From positions 3,390,001 to 3,422,000 of the forward strand of contig NC_000962.3 of assembly GCF_000195955.2 (NCBI RefSeq): 32,000 nucleotides of DNA. Reading direction: 5' to 3'. The stretch is from Mycobacterium tuberculosis H37Rv (GTDB lineage: Bacteria > Actinomycetota > Actinomycetes > Mycobacteriales > Mycobacteriaceae). Below, one piece after another: positions 22,085-31,740 of the stretch. Both the position numbers and the translations under genes were made by a program. The stretch's first letter is position 1. Every line of letters begins with the position of its first letter. The notes under the pieces are model-generated. The model was not told the DNA's origin. It saw nothing but the letters and a program-made list of their open reading frames with translations, and made no database searches.

Positions 22085-24262
22085 CTACAGCATGCAGGAC
22101 ACGCAACCCTCGACCTCGGTGCCCTCCAACGCCATCTGCCGCAGCCGGATGTAGTACAGCGTCTTGATCCCCTTGCGCCAGGCGTAAATCTGCGCCTTGT
22201 TCACGTCGCGGGTGGTGGCGGTGTCTTTGAAGAACAACGTCAGCGAAAGCCCTTGATCCACATGCTGGGTGGCCGCCGCGTAGGTGTCGATGATCTTCTC
22301 GTAACCGATCTCGTAGGCGTCTTCGTAGTACTCCAGGTTGTCGTTGGTCATATACGGCGCCGGGTAGTAGACCCGCCCGATCTTGCCTTCCTTGCGGATC
22401 TCGACCTTCGACACGATCGGGTGAATCGACGACGTCGAATGGTTGATGTAGGAAATCGACCCGGTCGGCGGCACCGCCTGCAGGTTCTGGTTGTAGATGC
22501 CGTGCGCTTGCACCGACTCCTTGAGCCGACGCCAGTCGTCCTGCGTTGGGATGCGGATGCCGGCGTCGGCGAACAGCTGGCGTACCTTCTGGGTCTTCGG
22601 CTCCCAAATCTGGTCGGTGTACTTGTCGAAGAATTCCCCGGACGCGTACTTGGACCGCTCGAAACCCTTGAAGTGCGTGCCGCGTTCGATCGCGATGCGG
22701 TTGGATGCCCGCAACGCGTGATACAGCACCGTATAGAAGTAGATGTTGGTGAAGTCGATGCCTTCGTCGGATCCGTAGAAGATGCGTTCCCGGGCCAGGT
22801 AGCCGTGCAGGTTCATCTGTCCTAGCCCGATCGCGTGGGAGTCGTTGTTGCCCTGCTCGATTGAGGGCACCGACTTGATATGGGTTTGGTCGCTCACCGC
22901 GGTCAACGCGCGGATCGCCACCTCGATCGTCTGCGCGAAGTCCGGCGAGTCCATCGTCTTGGCGATGTTCAGCGACCCCAGGTTGCACGAAATGTCTTTG
23001 CCCACTTTGGCATACGACAAGTCCTCGTTGAACAATGACGGCGTAGACACTTGCAGGATCTCCGAGCACAGGTTGCTGTGCGTGATCTTGCCATCAATTG
23101 GATTAGCGCGATTGACGGTGTCTTCGAACATGATATAGGGGTAGCCGGACTCGAACTGCAGCTCGGCCAGCGTCTGGAAGAACTCCCGTGCCTTGATCTT
23201 GGTCTTGCGGATGCGCGCGTCATCGACCATTTCGTAGTACTTCTCGGTGACCGAGATGTCAGCGAACGGCACACCGTAGACCCGCTCGACATCGTAGGGC
23301 GAGAACAGGTACATGTCATCGTTGCGCTTGGCCAACTCGAAGGTGATGTCGGGGATCACCACCCCCAGACTCAGCGTCTTGATCCGGATCTTCTCGTCGG
23401 CGTTCTCACGCTTGGTGTCCAGGAATCGGTAGATGTCGGGGTGATGGGCGTGCAGGTACACCGCGCCGGCACCTTGACGAGCGCCCAGCTGGTTGGCGTA
23501 GGAGAACGCATCCTCCAGCAACTTCATGATGGGGATGACGCCCGAGGACTGGTTCTCGATGTTCTTGATCGGCGCGCCGTGCTCGCGAATGTTGGTCAGC
23601 AGCAACGCCACTCCCCCGCCACGCTTGGATAGCTGCAGCGCGGAGTTGATCGACCGTCCGATCGACTCCATGTTGTCTTCGACGCGAAGCAAAAAACAGC
23701 TCACGGGCTCCCCGCGCTGCTTCTTGCCAGAATTCAAAAACGTCGGTGTGGCGGGCTGGAAGCGGCCGTCGATGATCTCGTCGACCAGCAGCTCGGCAAG
23801 TGCGGTATCGCCGGCGGCCAACGTTAGCGCCACCATGACCACGCGGTCCTCGAAGCGCTCCAGATAGCGCTTCCCGTCAAAGGTTTTCAGCGTGTAGGAG
23901 GTGTAGTACTTGAACGCACCCAAAAACGTCGGAAACCGGAACTTTTTGGCGTAGGCGCGGTCTAGCAGCGTCTTGACGAAGTTGCGCGAGTACTGGTCGA
24001 GAACCTCACGCTCGTAGTAATTCTCGCGGATCAGGTAGTCGAGCTTCTCGTCCTGATTATGGAAGAAGACCGTGTTCTGATTGACATGCTGCAAAAAGTA
24101 CTGGTGGGCTGCTTCCCGATCCTTGTCGAACTGGATCTTGCCGTCCGCGTCGTACAGGTTCAGCATCGCGTTCAGCGCGTGATAGTCCGTTTCGCCCGGC
24201 CCCCCAGAGTAAGAGGCGTGCGCGCCGGAGGCTACAGGCTCTGCAATGACGGTTGGTGGCAC
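22085..24262 (-). CDS. nrdE: Class Ib ribonucleotide reductase alpha subunit
   Basis: 725 codons from GTG 24262, preceded by GGAAGG; RNR large-subunit motifs ([38 protein letters not shown]). Some annotations use a start 32 codons further in. Confidence 0.94.
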
Positions 24263-24684
24263 GTCTGTTCCTTCCAGAATTCAGCGAGACCGGTGCGGAC
24301 GGCGGCGACGTCGTCCTCGGTGCCCATCAGTTCGAAGCGGTATAGGTAGGGAACGCTACATTTTCGGGAGACGACGTCGCCGGCGTAGCAGAACTCGGCA
24401 CCGAAGTTGGTATTGCCGGCAGCGATGACCCCGCGCAGCTGCGCTCGATTGTGGTCGTTGTTCAAGAAGGCAATGACCTGTTTGGGGACGTATCCGCCGG
24501 CATCGAGACCCGGGTTGGCCCGGCCGCCACCGTAGGTGGGCAGTATCAGCACGTACGGCTCGTCGACCTCGATCCGGCCATGCAGCGGTATCCGCGTGGC
24601 GGGAATACCCAGTTTCTGCACAAAGCGGTGGGTGTTCTCCGACACGCTGGAGAAATAGACCAGGCTGCGCCCCGCGATATCCAT
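24232..24684 (-). CDS. nrdI: NrdI flavodoxin-like protein
   Basis: [34 protein letters not shown]. Confidence 0.94.
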
Positions 24685-24718
24685 GGCACCGCAATCTTCC
24701 TTATCTATGTCTGCCGCG

Positions 24719-24958
24719 CTAGGCGGTCAGCGCTGCCCCGGCGAGCGCCTTGATGCGATCGGGGCGGAAACCCGACCAGTGGTCGTTTCCGGCGACCACG
24801 ACGGGTGCTTGTAGGTAACCCAGCGCCATCACGTAGTCCCGCGCTTCGGAATCCAGGCTGATATCAACCTTCTGGTAGGCGATGCCCTGCTTGTCCAGCG
24901 CCTTGGAGGTGGCACTGCACTGTACGCACGCGGGCTTAGTGTAAACGGTCACGGTCAT
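24719..24958 (-). CDS. nrdH: NrdH glutaredoxin-like redoxin
   Basis: [34 protein letters not shown]; WSGFRPDRI. Confidence 0.95.
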
Positions 24959-25174
24959 GGGCGTACCGCTCCTTTGCGGAAATCGGGAATCTGACAGGAT
25001 CTGGCAACGACTCAAGTAGTGCATCTTCGATATGTTGAGCGGCCCGACAAGGCTCCAGATTCCCGTCATAGCGCGACCACGTCCGTCGACCTGGCGATGC
25101 CGATGCCGGGAAGTTCATCGCGCCCCGTGGATCTGGTGAGACCTGGTGAACCTGGGATCTGCCGGTACTCGAAA

Positions 25175-25236
25175 ACACTACACCTAGGGGGTGGCACCTA
25201 GGGGGTGGCACGGAGAAGAGATACAAGATGTTCTGA
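25175..25236. promoter_or_regulatory. Candidate NrdR-box pair upstream of nrdHIE with 14-bp tandem duplication between or through it
   Basis: ACACTACACCTAGGGG (25175-25190) and ATACAAGATGTTCTGA (25221-25236); the first matches 13/16 and the second 12/16 positions of the nrdF2 boxes. Confidence 0.6.
25181..25208. repeat. Exact 14-bp tandem duplication CACCTAGGGGGTGG x2 (followed by CAC)
   Basis: Direct reading of 25181-25211. Confidence 0.95.
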
Positions 25237-25434
25237 ATAACATTTTCGAAATTCCCTGGTCGTAAGCCTGGCTCGAGCACCGCGGCGGCGTGTCGCAGAT
25301 CACCTCAGCCGCCGCCATACCCGTCTGACCCAATATATCACCGGCCACCGACAACGTCGCCGCTAGCTTCCCGCCGAACCGCTACCAGCAAAGCCGATGG
25401 AGCCGCTATTGGCTGACCCGCCTCGGCCCAGGGA

Positions 25435-25989
25435 TCAGCCGACCTCAGCGGCCAAGTTGCCGACGGCGTCGCGCACATTCGCCGCCAGCCCGGCGTCGTC
25501 CGCGACCGACTTGCCCAGAGTTTGGAACGGCACCGACAGTTTGATCGCATCGACCACCCGCGTGCCAGCGATGCTGAACGACTTGCGAGTCTCGTCGTGC
25601 GCCCATACCCCGCCGTAGCGGCCCATGGAGCCGCCGATCACGGCCAACGGCTTGTCCTTCAACGCGCCATCGCCGAATGGCCTGGACAGCCAGTCGATCG
25701 CGTTCTTGATCACGGCCGGAATGCTGCCGTTGTATTCCGGCGTGACCACCAAGGCAGCGTGCGCGTCAGACGCGGCCTCCCGCAACGCGCTCACCGGCGC
25801 CGGCACCTCCGTCGCTGTGTCGATGTCTTCGTTGTAGAACGGCAGGTCCCCCAGCCCCTCGAACATGGTGACGGTGACGCCGTCCGGAGCGACCTTGGCA
25901 GCCAGCTCGGCGATCTGGCGGTTGAACGACGCCGCGCGCAGGCTTCCCACTAAGGCCAAGATTTTGATGTCGGACTTGGTATCTGACAC
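25435..25989 (-). CDS. NADPH-dependent FMN reductase (Rv3054c-like)
   Basis: ILALVGSLRAASFNRQIAELA; VVTPEYNGSIPAVIKNAIDWLSRP. Confidence 0.92.
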   Translation of the reverse strand: MSDTKSDIKILALVGSLRAASFNRQIAELAAKVAPDGVTVTMFEGLGDLPFYNEDIDTATEVPAPVSALREAASDAHAALVVTPEYNGSIPAVIKNAIDWLSRPFGDGALKDKPLAVIGGSMGRYGGVWAHDETRKSFSIAGTRVVDAIKLSVPFQTLGKSVADDAGLAANVRDAVGNLAAEVG

Positions 25990-26037
25990 TGCTACGTTCC
26001 TTTCCGCTTGTTGGTCCACGTCCTTGCACGAGCCAAC

Positions 26038-26051
26038 CGGACCATGGTCCG
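26038..26051. promoter_or_regulatory. Perfect 14-bp palindrome CGGACCATGGTCCG in divergent promoter region
   Basis: Self-reverse-complement, located between Rv3054c-like and TetR gene starts. Confidence 0.6.
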
Positions 26052-26080
26052 ATTTATTCCGATCGCGTTACAGTGCAAAG

Positions 26081-26695
26081 GTGAGCGGCGCCGAGCGGTT
26101 GGGTGACTTGCCTGTGTTCGCGAGGCAAGAGCCCGTACCAGAGCGGGGCGACGCGGCACGCAATCGTGCACTCCTGTTGGAGGCGGCGCGCCGCCTGATC
26201 GCCCGAAGCGGTGCGGACGCAATCACCATGGACGACGTTGCCGCGGCCGCTGGCGTCGGCAAAGGCACCTTGTTTCGCCGCTTCGGCAGCCGTGCCGGCC
26301 TGATGATGGTGTTGCTCGATGAAGACGAGCGAGCCAGTCAGCAGGCCTTCCTGTTCGGCCCGCCACCGCTGGGCCCGGATGCTCCGCCGCTGGACCGCCT
26401 GATCGCATTCGGTCGGGAGCGAATGCGCTTCGTCCATGCCCATCACCAGCTGCTGTCGGAAGCCAACCGGGATCCACAAACCCGCCACAGCGCGGCGCTA
26501 TCGGTACTGCGCACCCATTTGCGGGTACTGCTGGCCTCGGCGCCGACCACCGGCGACCTGGATGCCCAGACCGATGCCCTGCTAGCGCTGCTCGACGTCG
26601 ACTATGTCGAGCACCAACTCAACGCCGGCGGCCATACCCTGCAAACCCTGGGCGACGCATGGGAGAGCCTGGCGCGAAAACTGTGCGGACGATGA
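26081..26695 (+). CDS. TetR/AcrR-family transcriptional regulator (Rv3055-like)
   Basis: RNRALLLEAARRLIARSGADAITMDDVAAAAGVGKGTLFRRFGSRAGL; GTG start. Confidence 0.88.
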   Translation: MSGAERLGDLPVFARQEPVPERGDAARNRALLLEAARRLIARSGADAITMDDVAAAAGVGKGTLFRRFGSRAGLMMVLLDEDERASQQAFLFGPPPLGPDAPPLDRLIAFGRERMRFVHAHHQLLSEANRDPQTRHSAALSVLRTHLRVLLASAPTTGDLDAQTDALLALLDVDYVEHQLNAGGHTLQTLGDAWESLARKLCGR

Positions 26696-26704
26696 TCGAT
26701 CACT

Positions 26705-27745
26705 ATGCCGACAGCAGCACCGCGATGGATCCTGCACGTAGACCTCGACCAGTTTTTGGCGTCGGTCGAACTGCTCCGCCACCCCGAACTGGCAGGTTTG
26801 CCGGTCATCGTCGGCGGCAACGGTGATCCGACCGAACCGCGAAAGGTCGTCACCTGTGCGTCGTATGAGGCCCGCGCCTACGGTGTGCGCGCCGGCATGC
26901 CGTTGCGGACCGCCGCCCGACGATGCCCTGAGGCCACCTTCTTGCCGTCGAACCCAGCCGCCTACAACGCGGCGTCCGAGGAGGTGGTGGCGTTATTGCG
27001 CGACCTGGGATACCCGGTCGAGGTATGGGGCTGGGACGAGGCTTACCTCGCGGTGGCGCCCGGGACTCCCGACGACCCCATCGAAGTCGCCGAAGAGATC
27101 CGAAAAGTCATCTTGTCGCAAACCGGGCTGTCTTGCTCGATAGGTATCAGTGACAACAAGCAGCGCGCCAAGATCGCTACCGGGTTGGCGAAACCAGCTG
27201 GCATCTATCAGCTCACCGATGCCAACTGGATGGCCATCATGGGTGACCGTACCGTCGAAGCACTGTGGGGTGTGGGGCCCAAGACTACGAAAAGGCTGGC
27301 AAAGCTTGGGATCAACACCGTTTACCAACTTGCACACACCGATTCCGGGCTATTGATGTCCACGTTCGGTCCGCGAACCGCGCTGTGGCTGCTGCTGGCC
27401 AAAGGCGGAGGCGATACCGAAGTCAGTGCCCAAGCTTGGGTTCCACGCTCGCGCAGCCACGCCGTCACCTTTCCACGAGACCTCACCTGCCGATCCGAAA
27501 TGGAATCGGCCGTGACGGAATTGGCGCAGCGAACACTCAACGAGGTGGTGGCTTCGTCGCGAACCGTCACCCGAGTCGCGGTCACCGTGCGCACGGCGAC
27601 GTTCTACACCCGCACCAAGATCCGAAAGCTGCAAGCTCCCAGCACCGATCCCGACGTCATCACCGCTGCCGCCCGGCACGTTCTTGACCTATTCGAGCTG
27701 GATCGGCCCGTCCGGTTGCTGGGAGTGCGGTTAGAACTGGCCTAG
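26705..27745 (+). CDS. dinP: Y-family DNA polymerase IV homologue
   Basis: ILHVDLDQFLASVELLRHPELAGLPVIVGG; LSCSIGISDNKQRAKIATGLAKPAGIYQL. Confidence 0.93.
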   Translation: MPTAAPRWILHVDLDQFLASVELLRHPELAGLPVIVGGNGDPTEPRKVVTCASYEARAYGVRAGMPLRTAARRCPEATFLPSNPAAYNAASEEVVALLRDLGYPVEVWGWDEAYLAVAPGTPDDPIEVAEEIRKVILSQTGLSCSIGISDNKQRAKIATGLAKPAGIYQLTDANWMAIMGDRTVEALWGVGPKTTKRLAKLGINTVYQLAHTDSGLLMSTFGPRTALWLLLAKGGGDTEVSAQAWVPRSRSHAVTFPRDLTCRSEMESAVTELAQRTLNEVVASSRTVTRVAVTVRTATFYTRTKIRKLQAPSTDPDVITAAARHVLDLFELDRPVRLLGVRLELA

Positions 27746-27798
27746 AACCGGCGGGCACACCGCACCTGGGCGGCGCGAAGTCTTGACCGCACCGGCCG

Positions 27799-28662
27799 CT
27801 ATGGCCCGGGCCGAAGCGCGCGCGTGAAGAACACGTTGACTCGTCGCATCACCAGGGTGTATGGCCACCACGCATATCGCTTGAACGCATACAGCGCCCG
27901 GATGTCCGCCGACGTATAGACCAGGTATCTGTTCCTTGTGACCCCGGCCAAAATTTTGTCGGCCGCCTTCTCCGGCGTCACGGCGTGACCACTGAACCGT
28001 TCGACCCAGCGGTTGACCCTCGGGTCGTCGCGATCCACTCCGGCGATCTCGACCGTATTGACCAGCGGGGTCTTGACGGCGCCAGGCACCACGACCGACA
28101 CCCCGATGCCGTGCCGGGCCAGATCGAAGCGCAGCACCTCAGAAAGTCCCCGCAACCCGTACTTGCTAGCGCTATAGGCCGCATGCCACGGCAAGCCAAC
28201 CAGCCCGGCCGCCGAGGACACATTGACCAGGTGCCCGCCCCGACCGGCGGCGACCATCGGTGGGACCAAGGTCTCGATGACGTGGATTGGGCCCATGAGA
28301 TTGATCGCGACCATCCTGCTCCACTGATCGTGCGTGAGCTGGTCAACGGTGCCCCAGGCCGACACACCGGCGATGTTTAGTACCACGTCCATGCTGGGAT
28401 GACGGGCGTGGATATCGGCCGCGAATGCCGCCACGTCCTGGTAGTCGGAGACGTCCAGAACTCGATGCTCGGGCACCTGAGCGCCGAGTGCACGGGCGTC
28501 ACACACGGTTTGCGCCAAGCCATCACGGTCGCGGTCGGTCAGATACAGCTCGGCACCTTGCGCCGCGAGGCGCAACGCGGTCGCGCGACCGATGCCACTG
28601 GCCGCGCCGGTGACAAAGCACCGCTTACCCGCGAAATACTGTCCGGCTCCCCTCTGCAACAT
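27799..28662 (-). CDS. Short-chain dehydrogenase/reductase (Rv3057c-like)
   Basis: CFVTGAASGIGRATALRLAAQG; YSASKYGLRGLSEVL. Confidence 0.92.
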   Translation of the reverse strand: MLQRGAGQYFAGKRCFVTGAASGIGRATALRLAAQGAELYLTDRDRDGLAQTVCDARALGAQVPEHRVLDVSDYQDVAAFAADIHARHPSMDVVLNIAGVSAWGTVDQLTHDQWSRMVAINLMGPIHVIETLVPPMVAAGRGGHLVNVSSAAGLVGLPWHAAYSASKYGLRGLSEVLRFDLARHGIGVSVVVPGAVKTPLVNTVEIAGVDRDDPRVNRWVERFSGHAVTPEKAADKILAGVTRNRYLVYTSADIRALYAFKRYAWWPYTLVMRRVNVFFTRALRPGP

Positions 28663-28725
28663 GGTCGTGACGATACCGGCGGTACCGACACCCCCTCCGG
28701 TAGGACGATCGATGCGCCCCGATAG

Positions 28726-29376
28726 CTATGGGGCCTTGCCGCCACCCCAAAGCGCGTTGAGCCACATCTGTTCAAGCACCCGAACCCGGCGCGCTGCGTC
28801 ACTGTCGGGGCCGACGAGCAAAGCGTCACCGGTCAGCATCAGCGCGGTGGTAGCTGCCAGGGTGCGGACGAGCGTCGGGAGGTCTTCGCTGATCGGATGC
28901 GCAGTGCCGGCCTTCACCTCAGCCTCGAAGACGCCGATGGTTTCACGCAACAGCACTTGGAACTGCCGCTCGAGAATATCGCGGATCTCCATGTCGCTCT
29001 GGCGTGCCGCATTACAGGCCCGCAGCACCGGGTCGTTGTTCGCGTAAACGGCGGCGACGCTGCCGATCATCCGGTTGACGAACTGCTCGGGTGACTCCCC
29101 TGGCTGACGGGCGGAGAAATGCTGGCTGGCTTCTTCGAGTTCTTCGGTGGCCTCGGCCAAGATCTGGGCGAGCACCGAGTATTTGGAATCGAAGTAGAAG
29201 TAGAAACCGGAGCGGGCTACCCCTGCGCGAAGGCTGATAGCGCGCACCGACAATTCCGCGAACGGTGTCTCCTCCAGCAGTTCGCGTGCGGCCCGCAGAA
29301 TCGCCTGGCGATGCCTGTCACCACGCCGTCGCATCGGCGGCGCAGCCTGCTTCTCGTCTGCGGCATGACTGGTCAC
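28726..29376 (-). CDS. TetR/AcrR-family transcriptional regulator (Rv3058c-like)
   Basis: RQAILRAARELLEETPFAELSVRAISLRAGVARSGFYFYFDSKYSVL. Confidence 0.88.
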   Translation of the reverse strand: MTSHAADEKQAAPPMRRRGDRHRQAILRAARELLEETPFAELSVRAISLRAGVARSGFYFYFDSKYSVLAQILAEATEELEEASQHFSARQPGESPEQFVNRMIGSVAAVYANNDPVLRACNAARQSDMEIRDILERQFQVLLRETIGVFEAEVKAGTAHPISEDLPTLVRTLAATTALMLTGDALLVGPDSDAARRVRVLEQMWLNALWGGGKAP

Positions 29377-29491
29377 CTTTTGATCACCCCCTTGACCTTG
29401 CACCATGGCGTCTGAAAACGGAACATCGGTAGCCGTCAAATTGACCAGAAGGATAGATTTCAGTTACAGCCACCACCGGTAAGGAGCGCCA

Positions 29492-30970
29492 ATGGCGACG
29501 ATCCACCCCCCGGCATACCTCCTTGACCAAGCCAAGCGTCGCTTCACGCCGTCGTTCAACAACTTTCCCGGCATGAGTCTTGTCGAACACATGCTGCTGA
29601 ACACCAAATTCCCGGAGAAGAAACTCGCCGAACCGCCGCCAGGCAGCGGGCTCAAGCCGGTCGTCGGTGACGCGGGGCTGCCGATCCTTGGGCACATGAT
29701 CGAGATGTTGCGCGGCGGACCGGACTATCTGATGTTCCTGTACAAGACGAAGGGTCCGGTCGTATTCGGCGACTCAGCTGTGCTGCCGGGTGTCGCAGCA
29801 CTGGGCCCTGACGCGGCGCAGGTCATCTACTCCAACCGCAACAAGGACTACTCGCAGCAGGGCTGGGTGCCCGTGATCGGGCCCTTCTTCCACCGCGGCC
29901 TGATGCTGCTCGACTTCGAAGAGCACATGTTCCACCGACGGATCATGCAGGAGGCGTTCGTCCGGTCCAGGCTCGCCGGCTACCTCGAGCAGATGGACAG
30001 GGTCGTCTCGCGGGTGGTCGCCGACGACTGGGTCGTCAACGACGCACGCTTCCTTGTCTATCCGGCCATGAAGGCGCTCACGCTTGACATCGCCTCGATG
30101 GTCTTCATGGGCCACGAACCCGGCACCGATCACGAACTGGTCACCAAGGTGAACAAGGCGTTCACGATTACCACCCGTGCCGGCAACGCGGTGATCCGCA
30201 CCAGCGTGCCACCGTTCACCTGGTGGCGAGGACTGCGAGCACGCGAGCTGCTGGAAAACTACTTCACCGCCCGAGTCAAAGAGCGCCGCGAAGCGTCGGG
30301 CAACGACCTGCTGACGGTGTTGTGCCAGACCGAAGACGACGACGGCAACCGGTTCTCCGACGCCGACATCGTCAACCACATGATCTTCTTGATGATGGCC
30401 GCCCACGATACCTCGACGTCAACGGCCACGACGATGGCCTACCAGCTGGCCGCCCACCCGGAATGGCAGCAGCGCTGCCGCGACGAATCGGACCGGCATG
30501 GCGATGGGCCGCTCGACATCGAATCCCTAGAGCAGCTGGAATCGCTCGACCTGGTGATGAACGAGTCGATCCGGTTGGTGACGCCGGTCCAGTGGGCGAT
30601 GCGGCAGACGGTGCGCGATACCGAACTGCTGGGCTACTACCTACCCAAGGGCACCAACGTGATCGCATACCCAGGGATGAATCATCGCCTGCCGGAAATC
30701 TGGACAGACCCGCTGACATTCGACCCGGAACGGTTTACCGAGCCGCGCAACGAGCACAAGCGGCACCGCTATGCGTTCACGCCGTTCGGCGGCGGCGTGC
30801 ACAAGTGCATCGGGATGGTGTTCGACCAATTGGAGATAAAGACGATCCTGCACCGGCTGCTGCGCCGCTACCGGCTGGAGCTGTCCCGTCCCGACTACCA
30901 GCCCCGCTGGGACTACAGTGCCATGCCGATCCCGATGGACGGGATGCCGATCGTGCTGCGTCCCAGGTAG
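29492..30970 (+). CDS. cyp136: Cytochrome P450
   Basis: Heme-binding FGGGVHKCIGMVFDQLE; AAHDTSTSTATTMAYQL I-helix; GGAG upstream of ATG 29492. Confidence 0.94.
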   Translation: MATIHPPAYLLDQAKRRFTPSFNNFPGMSLVEHMLLNTKFPEKKLAEPPPGSGLKPVVGDAGLPILGHMIEMLRGGPDYLMFLYKTKGPVVFGDSAVLPGVAALGPDAAQVIYSNRNKDYSQQGWVPVIGPFFHRGLMLLDFEEHMFHRRIMQEAFVRSRLAGYLEQMDRVVSRVVADDWVVNDARFLVYPAMKALTLDIASMVFMGHEPGTDHELVTKVNKAFTITTRAGNAVIRTSVPPFTWWRGLRARELLENYFTARVKERREASGNDLLTVLCQTEDDDGNRFSDADIVNHMIFLMMAAHDTSTSTATTMAYQLAAHPEWQQRCRDESDRHGDGPLDIESLEQLESLDLVMNESIRLVTPVQWAMRQTVRDTELLGYYLPKGTNVIAYPGMNHRLPEIWTDPLTFDPERFTEPRNEHKRHRYAFTPFGGGVHKCIGMVFDQLEIKTILHRLLRRYRLELSRPDYQPRWDYSAMPIPMDGMPIVLRPR

Positions 30971-31277
30971 GCCCTCTTCGGCGGATTCCGCCAATCCACC
31001 GGTGCCGCAGATGAAAGTGCCAGTGCGCAGCCCGCACCCACTTTCGACCCGCGGCGGGAGTCGGTCTGGATCAGATCCCGCCGCGGGTCGCGCGAATGGT
31101 CAGCGTCGCTATCGTGCGCCGACGGTGCAAGCCCTTTCGACTTCTATGACGACCGTTTGAATTTGGACGTCCCCTGTTGCAGAAAACCCTCGCTGCGGTG
31201 GAACCTGGCGATAGCATCTGATGACGGTGTGGAAACCGCGGAATATGGGTGTGCTCCAGCGACGAAAGGCTCAATCG

Positions 31278-31430
31278 ATGAGCGCGACTAAAAGCAAGGG
31301 TTTGCGGGCGTTTCAGACACTGGTCGCGGCGCTGGCTGCGGTAGTTGCAGTACTAGCAGCGGGCTGCGCTACCCAGCGCGTTCCCACGGTTCTGCCGGAA
31401 TCGGAGTTAATTCCTCAAAGCCTCGGTTAG
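31278..31430 (+). CDS. Tiny putative lipoprotein A (50 aa)
   Basis: MSATKSKGLRAFQTLVAALAAVVAVLAAG|CATQRVPTVLPESELIPQSLG; GAAAGG upstream of ATG; paralogous to the 31500 ORF. Confidence 0.65.
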   Translation: MSATKSKGLRAFQTLVAALAAVVAVLAAGCATQRVPTVLPESELIPQSLG

Positions 31431-31499
31431 CTGCTCTGCGACCTCGCCGGACGGGTGCAGCGCAACCACGCACATGCAGGAGCAAGAAGGGCGCGACCG

Positions 31500-31640
31500 A
31501 TGATCGCAAAAGGCAACAGGCGGATCCGGGTAGGGCAATTGCTGGGCGCAGCACTGGTCGCTGCTTTTGCCCTGACAGCGGTGGGATGCACAATCCAGAT
31601 GCCTCAGCCACCTCTCCCGCAGCAGGAGTTAAGGCGGTAG
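31500..31640 (+). CDS. Tiny putative lipoprotein B (46 aa)
   Basis: MIAKGNRRIRVGQLLGAALVAAFALTAVG|CTIQMPQPPLPQQELRR; AGGAGCAAGAAGG upstream of ATG. Confidence 0.65.
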   Translation: MIAKGNRRIRVGQLLGAALVAAFALTAVGCTIQMPQPPLPQQELRR

Positions 31641-31651
31641 GTCCGGCCTCA

Positions 31652-31670
31652 GGGTAGCTGCTAACTACCC
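31652..31670. terminator. Small hairpin 11 nt downstream of lipoprotein B
   Basis: GGGTAG-CTGCTAA-CTACCC, 6-bp stem; no U tract. Confidence 0.35.
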
Positions 31671-31740
31671 GATGGGGCAGTCACGTCGCCGTCGGGCACG
31701 GTGCGGACGAGCGCGGACACACTCATCCGTACTTTGGTGC

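Noticed and set aside
21912-23069. 385-aa minus-strand ORF overlapping nrdE in another frame
   Set aside because: Arg/Pro/Gly-rich out-of-frame reading of nrdE.
24936-25280. 114-aa minus-strand ORF covering the nrdH upstream region
   Set aside because: Low-complexity Pro/Arg-rich sequence spanning candidate regulatory sites and tandem repeats, with no coding signature.
30918-31274. Short ORFs (80 aa +, 67 aa -) in the cyp136 downstream gap
   Set aside because: No signal, domain or good ribosome-binding site; the 80-aa ORF starts inside cyp136. Treated as intergenic.
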